From contig JBNKHE010000011.1 in assembly GCA_050290185.1 (NCBI GenBank), forward strand, positions 35,677 through 99,676: 64,000 nt of DNA, in the 5' to 3' direction. Made by a program: the position numbers and the translations under genes. The notes beneath the pieces were generated by a model. It did not search any database. It was not told where the DNA came from and saw only the letters and a list, made by a program, of their open reading frames with translations. Each line of letters starts with the position of its first letter. Position 1 is the first letter of the stretch. Source of the DNA: Pontiella sp. (GTDB taxonomy: Bacteria; Verrucomicrobiota; Kiritimatiellia; Kiritimatiellales; Pontiellaceae). Shown piece after piece: positions 1 to 11,911 of the stretch.

Positions 1-2
1 GC

Positions 3-890
3 ACGCTCACGTTTTCCGGCGTGGTCATGCTCAATTCCATCCTGCGGATGGTCATGTTCAAATATTCCGAAGTGTTTTTCATCGCCGCGGTGGGGGGGAC
101 GACGCTGGCCGGCATGTACGACCTCGGCTATACCTTGCCCTATACGGCGGTGACCTTTATCCCGCTGGCCTTGATGCCCCTTTTTACTTCCGCTTTTGCC
201 GAGACCTATGTGCGCGACCACGAAAGTCTGGAACTGCTGATCTCGTCCTACTATAAGCTGCTGATGATGGTCTCGCTACCGATGGCGGTGCTGGGGGCCT
301 ATTTCGCGCCCGAGGCTTACCGGATCCTTTACCATGGCGAAATGGATCAGGCCGGCCGGCTGGCCTCCGCGTTCTGCCTGGTTCTATGCCTGCCCTTGTT
401 TTCCATGCCGCTGTCCGCGGCGATCAAGGCCAAGGAAAAAATGCTCAACATGGTGCCGATGCTTTTGCTTCAGATTGTCGTGAACCTGCTGCTGGACTGG
501 CTGTTGATCGTGCACCTTCGGCTGGGTGCATGGGGGGGCATCGGGGCCGTGCTGGGAACCTTTGTGCTTACGATTCCGGTGCGCATACGGTATGTGGGCT
601 CGATTATCGGTGGAGTGCACTTCCCTGTGCGTTTCTTCCTGCGCGTTATGGCCACGCTATTGATTGAGGGCGGCCTCCTGCTTTTGGTCGTCCGGAAGAT
701 TCACCTGTTCAGCCGGTTCGAGAGCCATCCCGTAAACATTATTTTGCTGATGCTGGTGGGGGTCATCTATGCGGCGCTGTTTCTGGTTCTTGTCCGCCTG
801 CACCGGGTGGTGCGCCAGGAAGATATCGAGGATTTTCACAACCTGGGGATCGAGCGCCTCAACAAGGTGCTGCGCTTTATGGTGCGGTAG
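3..890 (+). CDS. Polysaccharide/oligosaccharide flippase (Wzx/MurJ-like), 5'-partial
   Basis: The frame is open from the window edge and encodes about 8 hydrophobic helices; the 'AGMYDLGYTLP' and 'LLDWLLI..LGAWGG' patterns are typical of polysaccharide biosynthesis exporters. Confidence 0.75.
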   Translation, partial: TLTFSGVVMLNSILRMVMFKYSEVFFIAAVGGTTLAGMYDLGYTLPYTAVTFIPLALMPLFTSAFAETYVRDHESLELLISSYYKLLMMVSLPMAVLGAYFAPEAYRILYHGEMDQAGRLASAFCLVLCLPLFSMPLSAAIKAKEKMLNMVPMLLLQIVVNLLLDWLLIVHLRLGAWGGIGAVLGTFVLTIPVRIRYVGSIIGGVHFPVRFFLRVMATLLIEGGLLLLVVRKIHLFSRFESHPVNIILLMLVGVIYAALFLVLVRLHRVVRQEDIEDFHNLGIERLNKVLRFMVR

Positions 891-973
891 GGATTGCTGC
901 GGGGTTCCGTCGTCTGCAACCCGGGCTTCGCGCATGTTCTGTTTAATGTGACGGAAAGTTCGGTTGAAGGCGG

Positions 974-1026
974 GCAGGGACGGCTGTCCTCAGCCGTCCG
1001 CGGCGCTCCGGCCCTGGAGGGCCGGT
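974..1026. repeat. REP-like palindrome (GYAG-GGAC family)
   Basis: GCAG followed by GGACGGCTG-TCCT-CAGCCGTCC (perfect 9-bp stem) and a second hairpin CCGGCCCT-GG-AGGGCCGG, located between convergent genes. Confidence 0.65.
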
Positions 1027-1035
1027 CCAGATACG

Positions 1036-1275
1036 CTAGTCAGCATCAACTTCACTGAAGCCTTGAACCATTTTCAAGATATCTTGTTTGGCCTGCTCAT
1101 ATTCGGTGTCGTTGATGATTCTCTTCTCATGGGCTTCCTGAAGATCGATCAGCTCCTGTCCCACACTGATGTTGCGGACCGTTTTCATCTCAACCCGGTT
1201 GAATGCTGCTCCGGCGCAACCGGACAACAGAGCGACGATAGCGACCACCGAGCCATGCAATAGCGCTTTTTTCAT
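1036..1275 (-). CDS. Small lipoprotein with SHOCT-like C-terminal domain
   Basis: MKK start, lipobox LLSGC, C-terminal 'GQELIDLQEAHEKRIINDTEYEQAKQDIL'. Confidence 0.75.
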   Translation of the reverse strand: MKKALLHGSVVAIVALLSGCAGAAFNRVEMKTVRNISVGQELIDLQEAHEKRIINDTEYEQAKQDILKMVQGFSEVDAD

Positions 1276-1300
1276 ATGGATTCTCCGTTTCATGTAGTTC

Positions 1301-2038
1301 CTACAACCCCAGCTCCGCATAGAAGTCCGTAATGGTTTTCCATGCCTCCTCGGCCTTGTCGCAGAATGTAATCAGATCCAGATCCTTCGGGCTGATGAGT
1401 CCGCATTCGGCGAGATAGTCCCAGTCGACCATTCGCTTCCAATGCTCCGTGCCGAACAGGATGACGGGCATCGCTTCAATCTTGCCCGTCTGAATCAGGG
1501 TCAGCGCCTCGAACAGCTCGTCGAACGTGCCGAAACCGCCGGGGAAGATACAGACCGCTTTGGCCCGCAGCAGGAAGTGCATCTTGCGCATATGGAAATA
1601 GCGGAAATCAAAGTTGAGTTCCGGGGTCACGTAAGGATTGGCTTCCTGTTCGTGCGGCAGGGTAATGTTGAGAGAGATTGATTTGCAATCCGCTTCATGG
1701 GCTCCGCGATTGCCTGCCTCCATGATGCCGCCTCCGCCGCCGGTGACGATGACGTATTCGCACTCGTGGTTCGTCTGGCAGGTGGTGCTGACGATTTGTG
1801 CGAGCTTGCGGGCTTCTTCGTAGTAGGGGGCAAGACTGGCCAGCTTTTCGTTTCGGCATTCTTTCGCGGTTTCCGGCGAAGGGATGCGTGCGCTGCCGAA
1901 CAGGACGATGGTCGACTTGATGCCCTGTTCCTCCATCGTTACCTCCGGGTGGAGATATTCGAGCTGAAGCCGGATGGGGCGGCAGTAGGAGCTGTTGAGG
2001 AAGGGAATGTTCTCGTAGGCTTTGGGTGGTTTGATCAT
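1301..2038 (-). CDS. LOG family nucleotide monophosphate nucleosidase (TIGR00730-like)
   Basis: Motifs FGSAR, TGGGGGIMEAGNRGA and PGGFGTFDELFE; start set at MIKPP after a GGAGA RBS. Confidence 0.9.
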   Translation of the reverse strand: MIKPPKAYENIPFLNSSYCRPIRLQLEYLHPEVTMEEQGIKSTIVLFGSARIPSPETAKECRNEKLASLAPYYEEARKLAQIVSTTCQTNHECEYVIVTGGGGGIMEAGNRGAHEADCKSISLNITLPHEQEANPYVTPELNFDFRYFHMRKMHFLLRAKAVCIFPGGFGTFDELFEALTLIQTGKIEAMPVILFGTEHWKRMVDWDYLAECGLISPKDLDLITFCDKAEEAWKTITDFYAELGL

Positions 2039-2111
2039 ATGTTTTCTCCTTGGTCGCAGGATCGCCAAGATGATGGCGATACGTTGCGCCGGCTTCCGGC
2101 CGGCCTTGGGG

Positions 2112-2675
2112 TTAAGTGGTGAATGCGCCTTGAACGACAGGCGCTTCGCGGATGGCGGGGTCGACATTGAAAAAGTCGTTGGCTTCGAAGTTGAACATGG
2201 CGGCTATCATGCTGCTGGGGAAGCTTTCGCATTTATTGCGCATGTCACGCACGTTGCCATTGTAGAAACGGCGGGCGGCCTGGATGCGGTCTTCCGTATT
2301 GACCAGCTCGTGCTGCAGTTCCAGAAAGTTCTTGCTGGCCTTCAGGTCGGGATAGGCTTCGGCCACGGCCAGCAGTTTTTGAACGGCGCCGACCAGTTGC
2401 CGTTCCGTGCCCTCCTGATGCCCGACGCTGCCGTGGTCGGCCGCGCACTGGTTGCGCAGTTCGATCACCTGTTCGAGGGTTTCCCGTTCATGTTTTGCAT
2501 ATCCCTTTACGGTTTCCACCAGATTCGGAATCAGGTCGTAGCGGCGCTTCAATTCCGTATCGATGTTGCTCCACGCCTCGGCGATGTGGTTGCGCAGCGC
2601 CACCAGCGTGTTGTAGGTCGCAATCACGTAGATCAGCGGTACAAGCAAGGCGGCGATGCAAATTATAAGTCCCAT
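2112..2675 (-). CDS. lemA: LemA family protein
   Basis: N-terminal TM helix; 'WSNIDTELKRRYDLIPNLVETVKGYAKHE', 'EAYPDLKA' and 'RRFYN' motifs. Confidence 0.93.
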   Translation of the reverse strand: MGLIICIAALLVPLIYVIATYNTLVALRNHIAEAWSNIDTELKRRYDLIPNLVETVKGYAKHERETLEQVIELRNQCAADHGSVGHQEGTERQLVGAVQKLLAVAEAYPDLKASKNFLELQHELVNTEDRIQAARRFYNGNVRDMRNKCESFPSSMIAAMFNFEANDFFNVDPAIREAPVVQGAFTT

Positions 2676-2720
2676 GGCTGATCCTTTATACGTCAAATCC
2701 GACCGATTCGTCAGATCAAA

Positions 2721-3383
2721 TTAACTATCAAACAGGTAGTCGGGCATCAGTGAGCGGATCTCGACCAGCTGGCGCAGACGCGGCTCGATTTCCTCAACCT
2801 TCAGGCAACGGTTGAAGGCCAGCGCCAGCGAATTCGAATCCACCTCCAGCTCGATTTCCTGCGCCCCGAGCAGGTAGTCGATCATCTGCGCATTGCAGAA
2901 GTCGTAGGCAAACTTCTTGTCCTTGGACCGGACCACGAACCGTCGCGAGAATTCATGCGATTCAAAATCAATGTCATCGAAGCCCACCGCCTGGGCAATC
3001 TTGGAGAAAAAACCTTCCTTCGCAATGGTCAGCTCGGGAAACGATTTTTCCAGATTCAATATGAAGAATGAAAAATGGTGATGATGCGTCTGCCGGTTCC
3101 CCTTGGAGTCGGTGGAGTGGGTTTCGTAGTGATAGTCGAAAACCGCGATGTCGTGGTTTTGGAATTGGCCGGCCATGATGTTGTAAGCGTAGCGGTTATC
3201 GCCCTGTCGCAGTTTGTCGAGAAAGGCAAACTGTTTGGCCATGCCATAGTTTCGCTCCGCGTTAAACTGCAGACCCAGCCGTGCGGCCAGCTCGCCCATT
3301 TCGCTGCGCCGTTTCTTGCCGGCATTAAGACCCCAGATTAACGCCCCGATCATGCAAACCACGGCAATGATGACTCCGCCCAT
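2721..3383 (-). CDS. Membrane-anchored hypothetical protein (LemA-associated)
   Basis: N-terminal TM helix, 'DIDFESHEFSRRFVV' motif, RBS AAGGAGG. Confidence 0.75.
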   Translation of the reverse strand: MGGVIIAVVCMIGALIWGLNAGKKRRSEMGELAARLGLQFNAERNYGMAKQFAFLDKLRQGDNRYAYNIMAGQFQNHDIAVFDYHYETHSTDSKGNRQTHHHHFSFFILNLEKSFPELTIAKEGFFSKIAQAVGFDDIDFESHEFSRRFVVRSKDKKFAYDFCNAQMIDYLLGAQEIELEVDSNSLALAFNRCLKVEEIEPRLRQLVEIRSLMPDYLFDS

Positions 3384-3468
3384 ACAAACCTCCTTATAAA
3401 CTAAATACAGTTAAGCGAATTCGTCAACGATTGCCGATTATAAATTCAGGGGTTTGGTATAGCGTATG

Positions 3469-4671
3469 TTATTGGAACTTGGAGATGTCGATCTGATAGA
3501 CCTTGTCGTCCCTGATGTAGATTCTCAGACCTAGGTTGCGCCACAACATCATGGTTTCGGTGATTTTGACTTCTTTTTCCCCAACCGGCCTTGGGCGTCG
3601 GTTTTCCCAAATCGCCATTTCGGACGGTTGGCCATAAGCATCCAGTACTTCTTGTTCAGAACTCCCCATTTTAATGCCTTTGGAGGTTTGCCCATCGAAT
3701 TCGCTGTCGAAACTTATACCGATCACATGATGATCCTTGTTTACTGTGCATTTGATGGGCCATCGCGTCCATTGCAACCATGGTCGAGCGGGTATGCTCC
3801 AAGGGTTTGGCGTGCCAAGATACTCGGTCACCTTTTCGGCCGATGCGCCTAAGCGTACGACGCCCCATCCAACGCCCTCGGTAATAATCTTGGGTTCGCC
3901 TGGGTCGATGTACGAGCCGCGGATGAATACATAATAGCCAGGCTTTTTATCGTCGTTGAGCACGTCTCCAGACCGCCATTCCAGAAACAGGTATTCCCAG
4001 TTCCGGATGGTTACGATGCTGAAATTTGCCTGGGACTGGTCTCCACTGCGGAATAGTTGATTCCCTTTCCAGGTCCACCCTGGCTTGCTGGTGCTGCCGT
4101 CGGGACGGAAGACGAGTTCCTTCAGTTCAAGCGCGCCTTGCCATGTGTGTTGGTCTGGATCGAAGGCCTTGATTCCCGGAACAAAATCTATGCTGGTCCA
4201 AGGTCCGACTATGGGCGATCGGGCAGGGGGCTGTTCCACGGTGGGCGCTGATTCGGGGCTGGATTCAGGGTCAGCAGCATCCGTTTGATCCGGGCGAACG
4301 GCCTTGCCGGTCGTTGTTGATTTGTTCCAAAAGATGATAGCAACAACGCTCATGGCGATACAGGCCAGCACAACGACGGCGCATCCTTTAAGCAATCCTT
4401 TGGATGAGGATGGGGGAATCTTTCCCGACTGTTGTGCAAGGTTGAAATTACGTGGGCCGTACGATTCCGGGGGATCCAGTTCGGCAATGATGGCTTCCAG
4501 CAGATCCATGGTCGGTTCGCCTTCGGACCGGCTTTCCAGTGCATCGTGGATGTGTGTCTCGATGGATTCCAGGATTTCCCGCTGTTCGTCGGCGGGGAAC
4601 TCTCCGAGGTGGTTACGTACCTGGCCGATGTGCTCGTAGATGCGGGTCTTCAGTTCGATGGACAGATTCAT
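3469..4671 (-). CDS. HAAS/DUF1700-like signalling membrane protein with extracytoplasmic domains
   Basis: N-terminal 'EQREILESIETHIHDAL...IIAELDPPESY', single TM helix, overlaps the padR stop (ATGA). Confidence 0.75.
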   Translation of the reverse strand: MNLSIELKTRIYEHIGQVRNHLGEFPADEQREILESIETHIHDALESRSEGEPTMDLLEAIIAELDPPESYGPRNFNLAQQSGKIPPSSSKGLLKGCAVVVLACIAMSVVAIIFWNKSTTTGKAVRPDQTDAADPESSPESAPTVEQPPARSPIVGPWTSIDFVPGIKAFDPDQHTWQGALELKELVFRPDGSTSKPGWTWKGNQLFRSGDQSQANFSIVTIRNWEYLFLEWRSGDVLNDDKKPGYYVFIRGSYIDPGEPKIITEGVGWGVVRLGASAEKVTEYLGTPNPWSIPARPWLQWTRWPIKCTVNKDHHVIGISFDSEFDGQTSKGIKMGSSEQEVLDAYGQPSEMAIWENRRPRPVGEKEVKITETMMLWRNLGLRIYIRDDKVYQIDISKFQ

Positions 4672-5009
4672 GCTTCACCTCCGGGTTTCCCCTGTTTCAG
4701 TTTTTCGATGGCGGTCTGTAGATTGTTCCAATAGAGATTCATTTCCTGGACGCGTTGCCGGCCCAGTGCGGTCAGCGAGAAGTAGCGGCGGGGTGGTCCG
4801 GAACTGGAGGGTTTGACCTGAACCTTCAAATAGCCATCCTTGCGCAGGCGGCTGAGAATCGGATAGACCGTGCTGTCGGTCACCACCAGTTCTTCGATCT
4901 GCTGAAGCGACTGCAGGATTTCGTAGCCGTAGCTTTCCCCATGCTGCAGGAGGTTCAGGACGCTGAACTCGATCAGCCCTTTTCGTAATTGCGTAACCCA
5001 TGTGCTCAT
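4668..5009 (-). CDS. PadR family transcriptional regulator
   Basis: 'QLRKGLIE', 'YGYEI', 'STVYPILSRL' and 'GPPRRYFSLT' motifs. Confidence 0.93.
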   Translation of the reverse strand: MSTWVTQLRKGLIEFSVLNLLQHGESYGYEILQSLQQIEELVVTDSTVYPILSRLRKDGYLKVQVKPSSSGPPRRYFSLTALGRQRVQEMNLYWNNLQTAIEKLKQGKPGGEA

Positions 5010-5022
5010 AGAAATCCTCCGG

Positions 5023-5056
5023 TACTACGCATACTGGTATACCGCAATGCATAGTA
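5023..5056. promoter_or_regulatory. Probable PadR autoregulatory operator
   Basis: Inverted repeat TACTACGCAT-N14-ATGCATAGTA (9/10 match) with an internal GGTATACC, immediately upstream of the padR RBS. Confidence 0.55.
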
Positions 5057-5135
5057 GCGCAAGGAAAAACTTCATCAGGGATTTACATCGCACCGTGCCT
5101 GGGAAATATTTCCTGCCTTTGAAAGGGAATCAGGC

Positions 5136-5154
5136 CTCACGGCTCAATCGTCAC
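5136..5154. repeat. Heptamer-family element, right arm only
   Basis: CTCACGGCTCAATCGTCAC, identical to 6278-6296. Confidence 0.75.
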
Positions 5155-5159
5155 GTAAT

Positions 5160-6221
5160 ATGCATCTCAAGCCCCTACAATTTGGATCGGTTGAAATCGG
5201 ATTCCCGGTGGTGCTTGCCCCGATGGCGGGCTACACGGATGCGGCCATGCGTACGCTGTGCCTTGAGCACGGTGCCGGCGCGGTCTATACCGAGCTGACC
5301 AGCGCCGAGGGTATCCGCCGCGATTCGGAGAAAACCTTTGCGGTGCTCGATACCGCCAAAAACGAACATCCGATTGCCGGCCACATCTTCGGGCGCGACC
5401 CGAAGGCGATGGTGGCCGCTGCGAAATATGTCGAACGGACCGGCCAATTCGACTGGATCGATATCAACTGCGGCTGTCCGGTTAAAAAGGTCGTATCGCG
5501 CGGCGCCGGCGCAGCGTTGATGAAGGATCTGCCGCTGATGGGCGAGATCATTGAAAAGGTGAAAAAGGCGGTTTCATTGCCGGTCTCTGTAAAGACGCGC
5601 ATCGGCTTCAACAATGATTCGGCCTGCCACCTCGAAATCGCAAAGGTGGTGGAAGAGAGCGGGGCGGATATGATTGCCGTCCACGCGCGGTTGGCCAAGA
5701 ATTTCCATGGCGGTGATCCCGACTGGTCAGCGCTCGGCGAAATGAAACAGGAGCTTTCGATTCCCGTCATTGGAAACGGCGGCGTTTTCACGCCCGAAGA
5801 CGCGCGGCGCATGGTCGAGGTTTCCGGTGTCGACGGTGTCATGATCGGTCGCGGCGCCATCGGAACCCCGTGGATTTTCGAGCAGATCCGCGGATTGCTT
5901 TCTGGAGGGACGATGTCCCCATCGTCCGCGGACGACGAGGACGTTGCCCCTCCATCCCTGGATGCCCGTCGCAACATGATGGCCGAGCACCTGCGGCGGC
6001 TGGTGGAGCTGAACAAGTTGAAGCAAAATGGGGCGCGGCGACCGGCAAAATATTCGGCGGAGGAGTCGGCCTGCATCCAGTTCCGCACCCATATTCCCTA
6101 TTACGTGAAGGGAATGTTTGATAAAAAGCAGCTGTTGATGAAGCTGGCAGCGTTGATGACCGTCGAAGCGATCCTGGAAGAGGTCGATATTTTGGTGGAG
6201 AAGAATATGCGTGACGAGTGA
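5160..6221 (+). CDS. dusB: tRNA-dihydrouridine synthase DusB
   Basis: Motifs LAPMAGYTD, DINCGCPVKKV, VHAR, GNG and GVMIGRGA. Confidence 0.9.
   Translation: MHLKPLQFGSVEIGFPVVLAPMAGYTDAAMRTLCLEHGAGAVYTELTSAEGIRRDSEKTFAVLDTAKNEHPIAGHIFGRDPKAMVAAAKYVERTGQFDWIDINCGCPVKKVVSRGAGAALMKDLPLMGEIIEKVKKAVSLPVSVKTRIGFNNDSACHLEIAKVVEESGADMIAVHARLAKNFHGGDPDWSALGEMKQELSIPVIGNGGVFTPEDARRMVEVSGVDGVMIGRGAIGTPWIFEQIRGLLSGGTMSPSSADDEDVAPPSLDARRNMMAEHLRRLVELNKLKQNGARRPAKYSAEESACIQFRTHIPYYVKGMFDKKQLLMKLAALMTVEAILEEVDILVEKNMRDE
5903..5954. repeat. REP-like double-hairpin element inside the dusB coding frame
   Basis: TGGAGGG...CCCTCCA termini and GGACGATG-TCCC-CATCGTCC stem; related to the intergenic copies at 974 and 53103. 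Confidence 0.7.
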
Positions 6222-6297
6222 CGATTGAAACGTGATTTTCGGCTCACGGCTCACGGCTCACGGCTCACGGCTCACGACTCACGGCTCAATCGTCACT
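6210..6297. repeat. Palindromic element with 7 tandem CGGCTCA heptamers
   Basis: AGTGACGATTGA (6217-6228) pairs perfectly with TCAATCGTCACT (6286-6297); the heptamer array spans 6240-6288 and includes one CGACTCA variant. Confidence 0.9.
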
Positions 6298-6314
6298 TAT
6301 CGCGAAAGGAAAAA

Positions 6315-6575
6315 ATGACTGAAGAAATTGAAATGAACGTCGGCACCCAACCTTTGGATGCCATTATGACCGAGAAGAATATCAAGAACCACGACCTCGT
6401 CGAGATTGCCCCTCCGGGATTCCTGACACACAAACAGGTCCAGAAAGGCCGAAAAGGCCGCCGCCTGACGATGCATATGCAGCAGAAGATTCTCGATGCG
6501 CTAAACATTTACAGCGCCCCCGAGTCCTATGAATGGGAAGAGCTGTTTACCTATCGCGGTAAAAAGCCGTTATAA
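6315..6575 (+). CDS. Small hypothetical protein (possible HTH-like fold)
   Basis: RBS AAGGA then MTEEIEMNVGTQPLD...LTHKQVQKGRKGRRLT; the upstream ORF extension is only the repeat. Confidence 0.7.
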   Translation: MTEEIEMNVGTQPLDAIMTEKNIKNHDLVEIAPPGFLTHKQVQKGRKGRRLTMHMQQKILDALNIYSAPESYEWEELFTYRGKKPL

Positions 6576-6618
6576 TTAATGGCCTCGCCGAGGTGAAACT
6601 ACATAGGCTTCATGCATT

Positions 6619-9435
<2,817 letters not shown>

Positions 9436-9457
9436 CGGGAACAACGCGCAAGTGCAT

Positions 9458-10612
9458 TTACGGGTTGTGAACCACGAATCCCAAGGAATGGATTTTGTGT
9501 AGTAATCCGGGGGATGCGTTTTGGGCGTTCACGGTGGTGTTCATGAATTCGCGGCGCATGCGGTAGTTCTTGCGCAGGATGTCGAAGTTTCTGGCCCGGT
9601 CGATGTCGGAGTGGACGGCTGCCTCGCGGATGAGCCGGTCGTCCGTCTCGATATCGTATACTTGCTTAACAATGTCGTGGAGTACTTCCTCGTCGTCGCG
9701 TCCGGCGCAGTCGAGTTCAATTGCCGGTACTTCCGGGGCCGGGAGGGATGCGGCCATGTCCCAGCGCTTGGAGATCTCGAAAAAATTGCAGAGCTCGTTG
9801 TAGCAGGCGATGGTTCCGTTGAGCTTGCCTTCGTAGGAGTGTCCGGCAATGTGCGGCGAAGCGAGATCGGTGAGCTTGAGTACATCGTTGCGGAAGGCGG
9901 GTTCCGGGCTCCAGACATCGATGATTGATCTGGATACGGTTCCACCTTGGCGCGCTGCAAGCAGGGCGTCGTAGTCGCAGACACTGCCGCGGGCTGCGTT
10001 GATGAAGATGGCGCCGGGTTTGAGCTGCTCGAAGAAGAGGTAGTCGGCCATGTATTCCGTTGGCCAGGGTTTTTCTTTAATGAGCGGAACATGGATCGTG
10101 ACGATATCGGATTCGGCCAGCACATAATCGAGCGGATAGTAGTCCGGGTCGGCCGATACGGCGGCTAGCGGGGGGTCGTTGCGCAGGACGCGCATGCCCA
10201 ATTTCCCGCATTTTTTTACGACCCGGCTGCCAACATTGCCGCATCCGATGACGCCGATGGTTTTCCCTTCCAGGTCGAAGTTGTGGCGCCGGCCAAGAAC
10301 GAGCAGGGCGGATATCAGATATTCGGAAACGCTGTTGGCGTTACAACCGGGCGCGGCACATCCGTAGATTCCCTGCGAGTGCAGATAGGCCGCATCGATA
10401 TGATCCGTGCCGGCGGTTGCTGTACCGACAAACTTGACGGGGGTGCCATCTAGCAATTCGCGGCTGATTTTAGTTTTTGACCGGACAATAAGCGCATCGG
10501 TGTGGGCGAGGTCGGCCTTGGTAATTTCGCGGTCTGGAATGACGACCGTCTTCCCGATGGATGAAAAAGCTTCCTGACCCAGCAGGACCGTCTCTGCGCA
10601 GATAATCTTCAT
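9458..10612 (-). CDS. pdxB: 4-phosphoerythronate dehydrogenase
   Basis: Motifs 'FVGTATAGTDHID', 'APGCNANSVSEY', GCGNVG and 'PHIAGHSYEGK', C-terminal 'FDILRKNYRMRREF'. Confidence 0.92.
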   Translation of the reverse strand: MKIICAETVLLGQEAFSSIGKTVVIPDREITKADLAHTDALIVRSKTKISRELLDGTPVKFVGTATAGTDHIDAAYLHSQGIYGCAAPGCNANSVSEYLISALLVLGRRHNFDLEGKTIGVIGCGNVGSRVVKKCGKLGMRVLRNDPPLAAVSADPDYYPLDYVLAESDIVTIHVPLIKEKPWPTEYMADYLFFEQLKPGAIFINAARGSVCDYDALLAARQGGTVSRSIIDVWSPEPAFRNDVLKLTDLASPHIAGHSYEGKLNGTIACYNELCNFFEISKRWDMAASLPAPEVPAIELDCAGRDDEEVLHDIVKQVYDIETDDRLIREAAVHSDIDRARNFDILRKNYRMRREFMNTTVNAQNASPGLLHKIHSLGFVVHNP

Positions 10613-10665
10613 GCGCTCATTGTCCGCTCTTGGTCTGGCAGGCTCAAGTTCGAATACAGGGAAAG

Positions 10666-10995
10666 TCAGAGGCTCTTGCGGTATTCCCGGTTTTTTACGG
10701 AGGGATGGTGCTGGGAGTGCTGCTTATGCCGGGCGTGGGTGGAATTTTTTTTCCAGAGGTGGGGAAACCAAAACTTCGATGTTGCGAGGATCAGCTGGAA
10801 AAACATCAAAATACCCGTGATGATCAACGTAAGTATGCCGCGCTGCCGGAAGACTCCCGTGCCCTCCTCCTCGGCAAAGAAGGACAACGCGAGCAACATG
10901 CCGATGACCAGAGTCAGGATCATGGATCCTGTCAATACGGGATGCGGCCGCATCGTGAAGTGCGGGACCGTTCCTCTGGTCGGTTGAAATGCCAT
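10666..10995 (-). CDS. Hypothetical membrane protein (2 TM helices, His/Lys-rich tail)
   Basis: GGAG RBS and two hydrophobic helices, directly downstream of tRNA-Leu. Confidence 0.6.
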   Translation of the reverse strand: MAFQPTRGTVPHFTMRPHPVLTGSMILTLVIGMLLALSFFAEEEGTGVFRQRGILTLIITGILMFFQLILATSKFWFPHLWKKNSTHARHKQHSQHHPSVKNREYRKSL

Positions 10996-11009
10996 CAGTT
11001 TACTCCAAA

Positions 11010-11093
11010 TGGTGGGCGAGGCGGGACTCGAACCCGCACGCCAGTGGCACGAGAACCTAAATCTCGCGTGTATACCAATTTCACCACTCGCCC
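11010..11093 (-). tRNA. tRNA-Leu(UAG)
   Basis: Reverse complement reads GGGCGAG-TGGTGAAATTGGTATACAC-G-CGAGA-TTTAGGT-TCTCG, variable arm, GCGGGTTCGAGTCCCGC-CTCGCCC-ACCA. Confidence 0.95.
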
Positions 11094-11141
11094 TTTAAAA
11101 ATCGCGCCCGAATCTAGAGGGTGATGCGGGGGTGCTCAAGA

Positions 11142-11768
11142 TCAAAAAAGATGGTTTTTCCAAATCTTTTGCAGAGAGCCGATCGCGGCCGACGGATTGG
11201 ATGAATTATTCACGGCGCTTACGACGCAGAAGTTTTCGATTCCGCACTCCAGCAACTGCGGGAGATTGTCCGTTGTGATGCCTCCGATGGCCACCGAGGT
11301 GATCGGGGTGTTGTGCATAATGCGTCCGGTCTCCTCCGGTCCGATAGCCGGATCGGCATTGACTTTGGTCTGCGTTGGGAAAACGGGGCCGATACCGACG
11401 TAGTCGGGGTGGAGGGCGTGGGCCTGGGCCGCCTGTTCCATGCTGTGGGTTGAAAGCCCGAAGGTTTTTCCGGGGGTATTCCAGCGCTCCCGGGCATCGG
11501 CAATGGATAGGTCGGTTTGGCCGAGGTGGATGCCGTCTGCATCCACTTCCATCGCGAGATCGAGGTCGTCATTCACGATGAAACGCGTTGCAGTGCGGCT
11601 CGTAATTTCCCGGTACAGCCGGGCGGTCTCGCTCGCGGTTTTCCGCGGGGCATCCTTCATGCGCAACTGCAGATAACGCACGTTGCAATCAACCGCCGCC
11701 TGTGCAACGGCCTCGTAGCCAGCGACCGGATTCGTGGCAATTAAATATAGACCAAATCGTTCTCTCAT
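11142..11768 (-). CDS. thiE: Thiamine-phosphate synthase
   Basis: Motifs QLRMK, VNDDLDLA, GIHLGQTD, GLSTH, GPVFPTQTK and AIGGI. Confidence 0.93.
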   Translation of the reverse strand: MRERFGLYLIATNPVAGYEAVAQAAVDCNVRYLQLRMKDAPRKTASETARLYREITSRTATRFIVNDDLDLAMEVDADGIHLGQTDLSIADARERWNTPGKTFGLSTHSMEQAAQAHALHPDYVGIGPVFPTQTKVNADPAIGPEETGRIMHNTPITSVAIGGITTDNLPQLLECGIENFCVVSAVNNSSNPSAAIGSLQKIWKNHLF

Positions 11769-11911
11769 GCGCCTGAGCCTACTGAACTTGCCGTCCAAGG
11801 GAAGTCCCAATCCATCGCAAATCCGCTTGTGGCTGTTTCAGTTCTGCTATAAAACCTTAAGGATATTGTCAAAGAGACGAGGTTTTAATGTTCAATCGAA
11901 AGGATCGTGCC

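Noticed and set aside
6240..6288. Possible CRISPR array
   Set aside because: These are 7-bp tandem units with no spacers and no cas genes; no CRISPR array was seen anywhere in the window.
6225..6314. N-terminal 'RLTAHGS' repeat extension of the small ORF
   Set aside because: It is simply the translation of the heptamer DNA repeat; the RBS supports a start at 6315.
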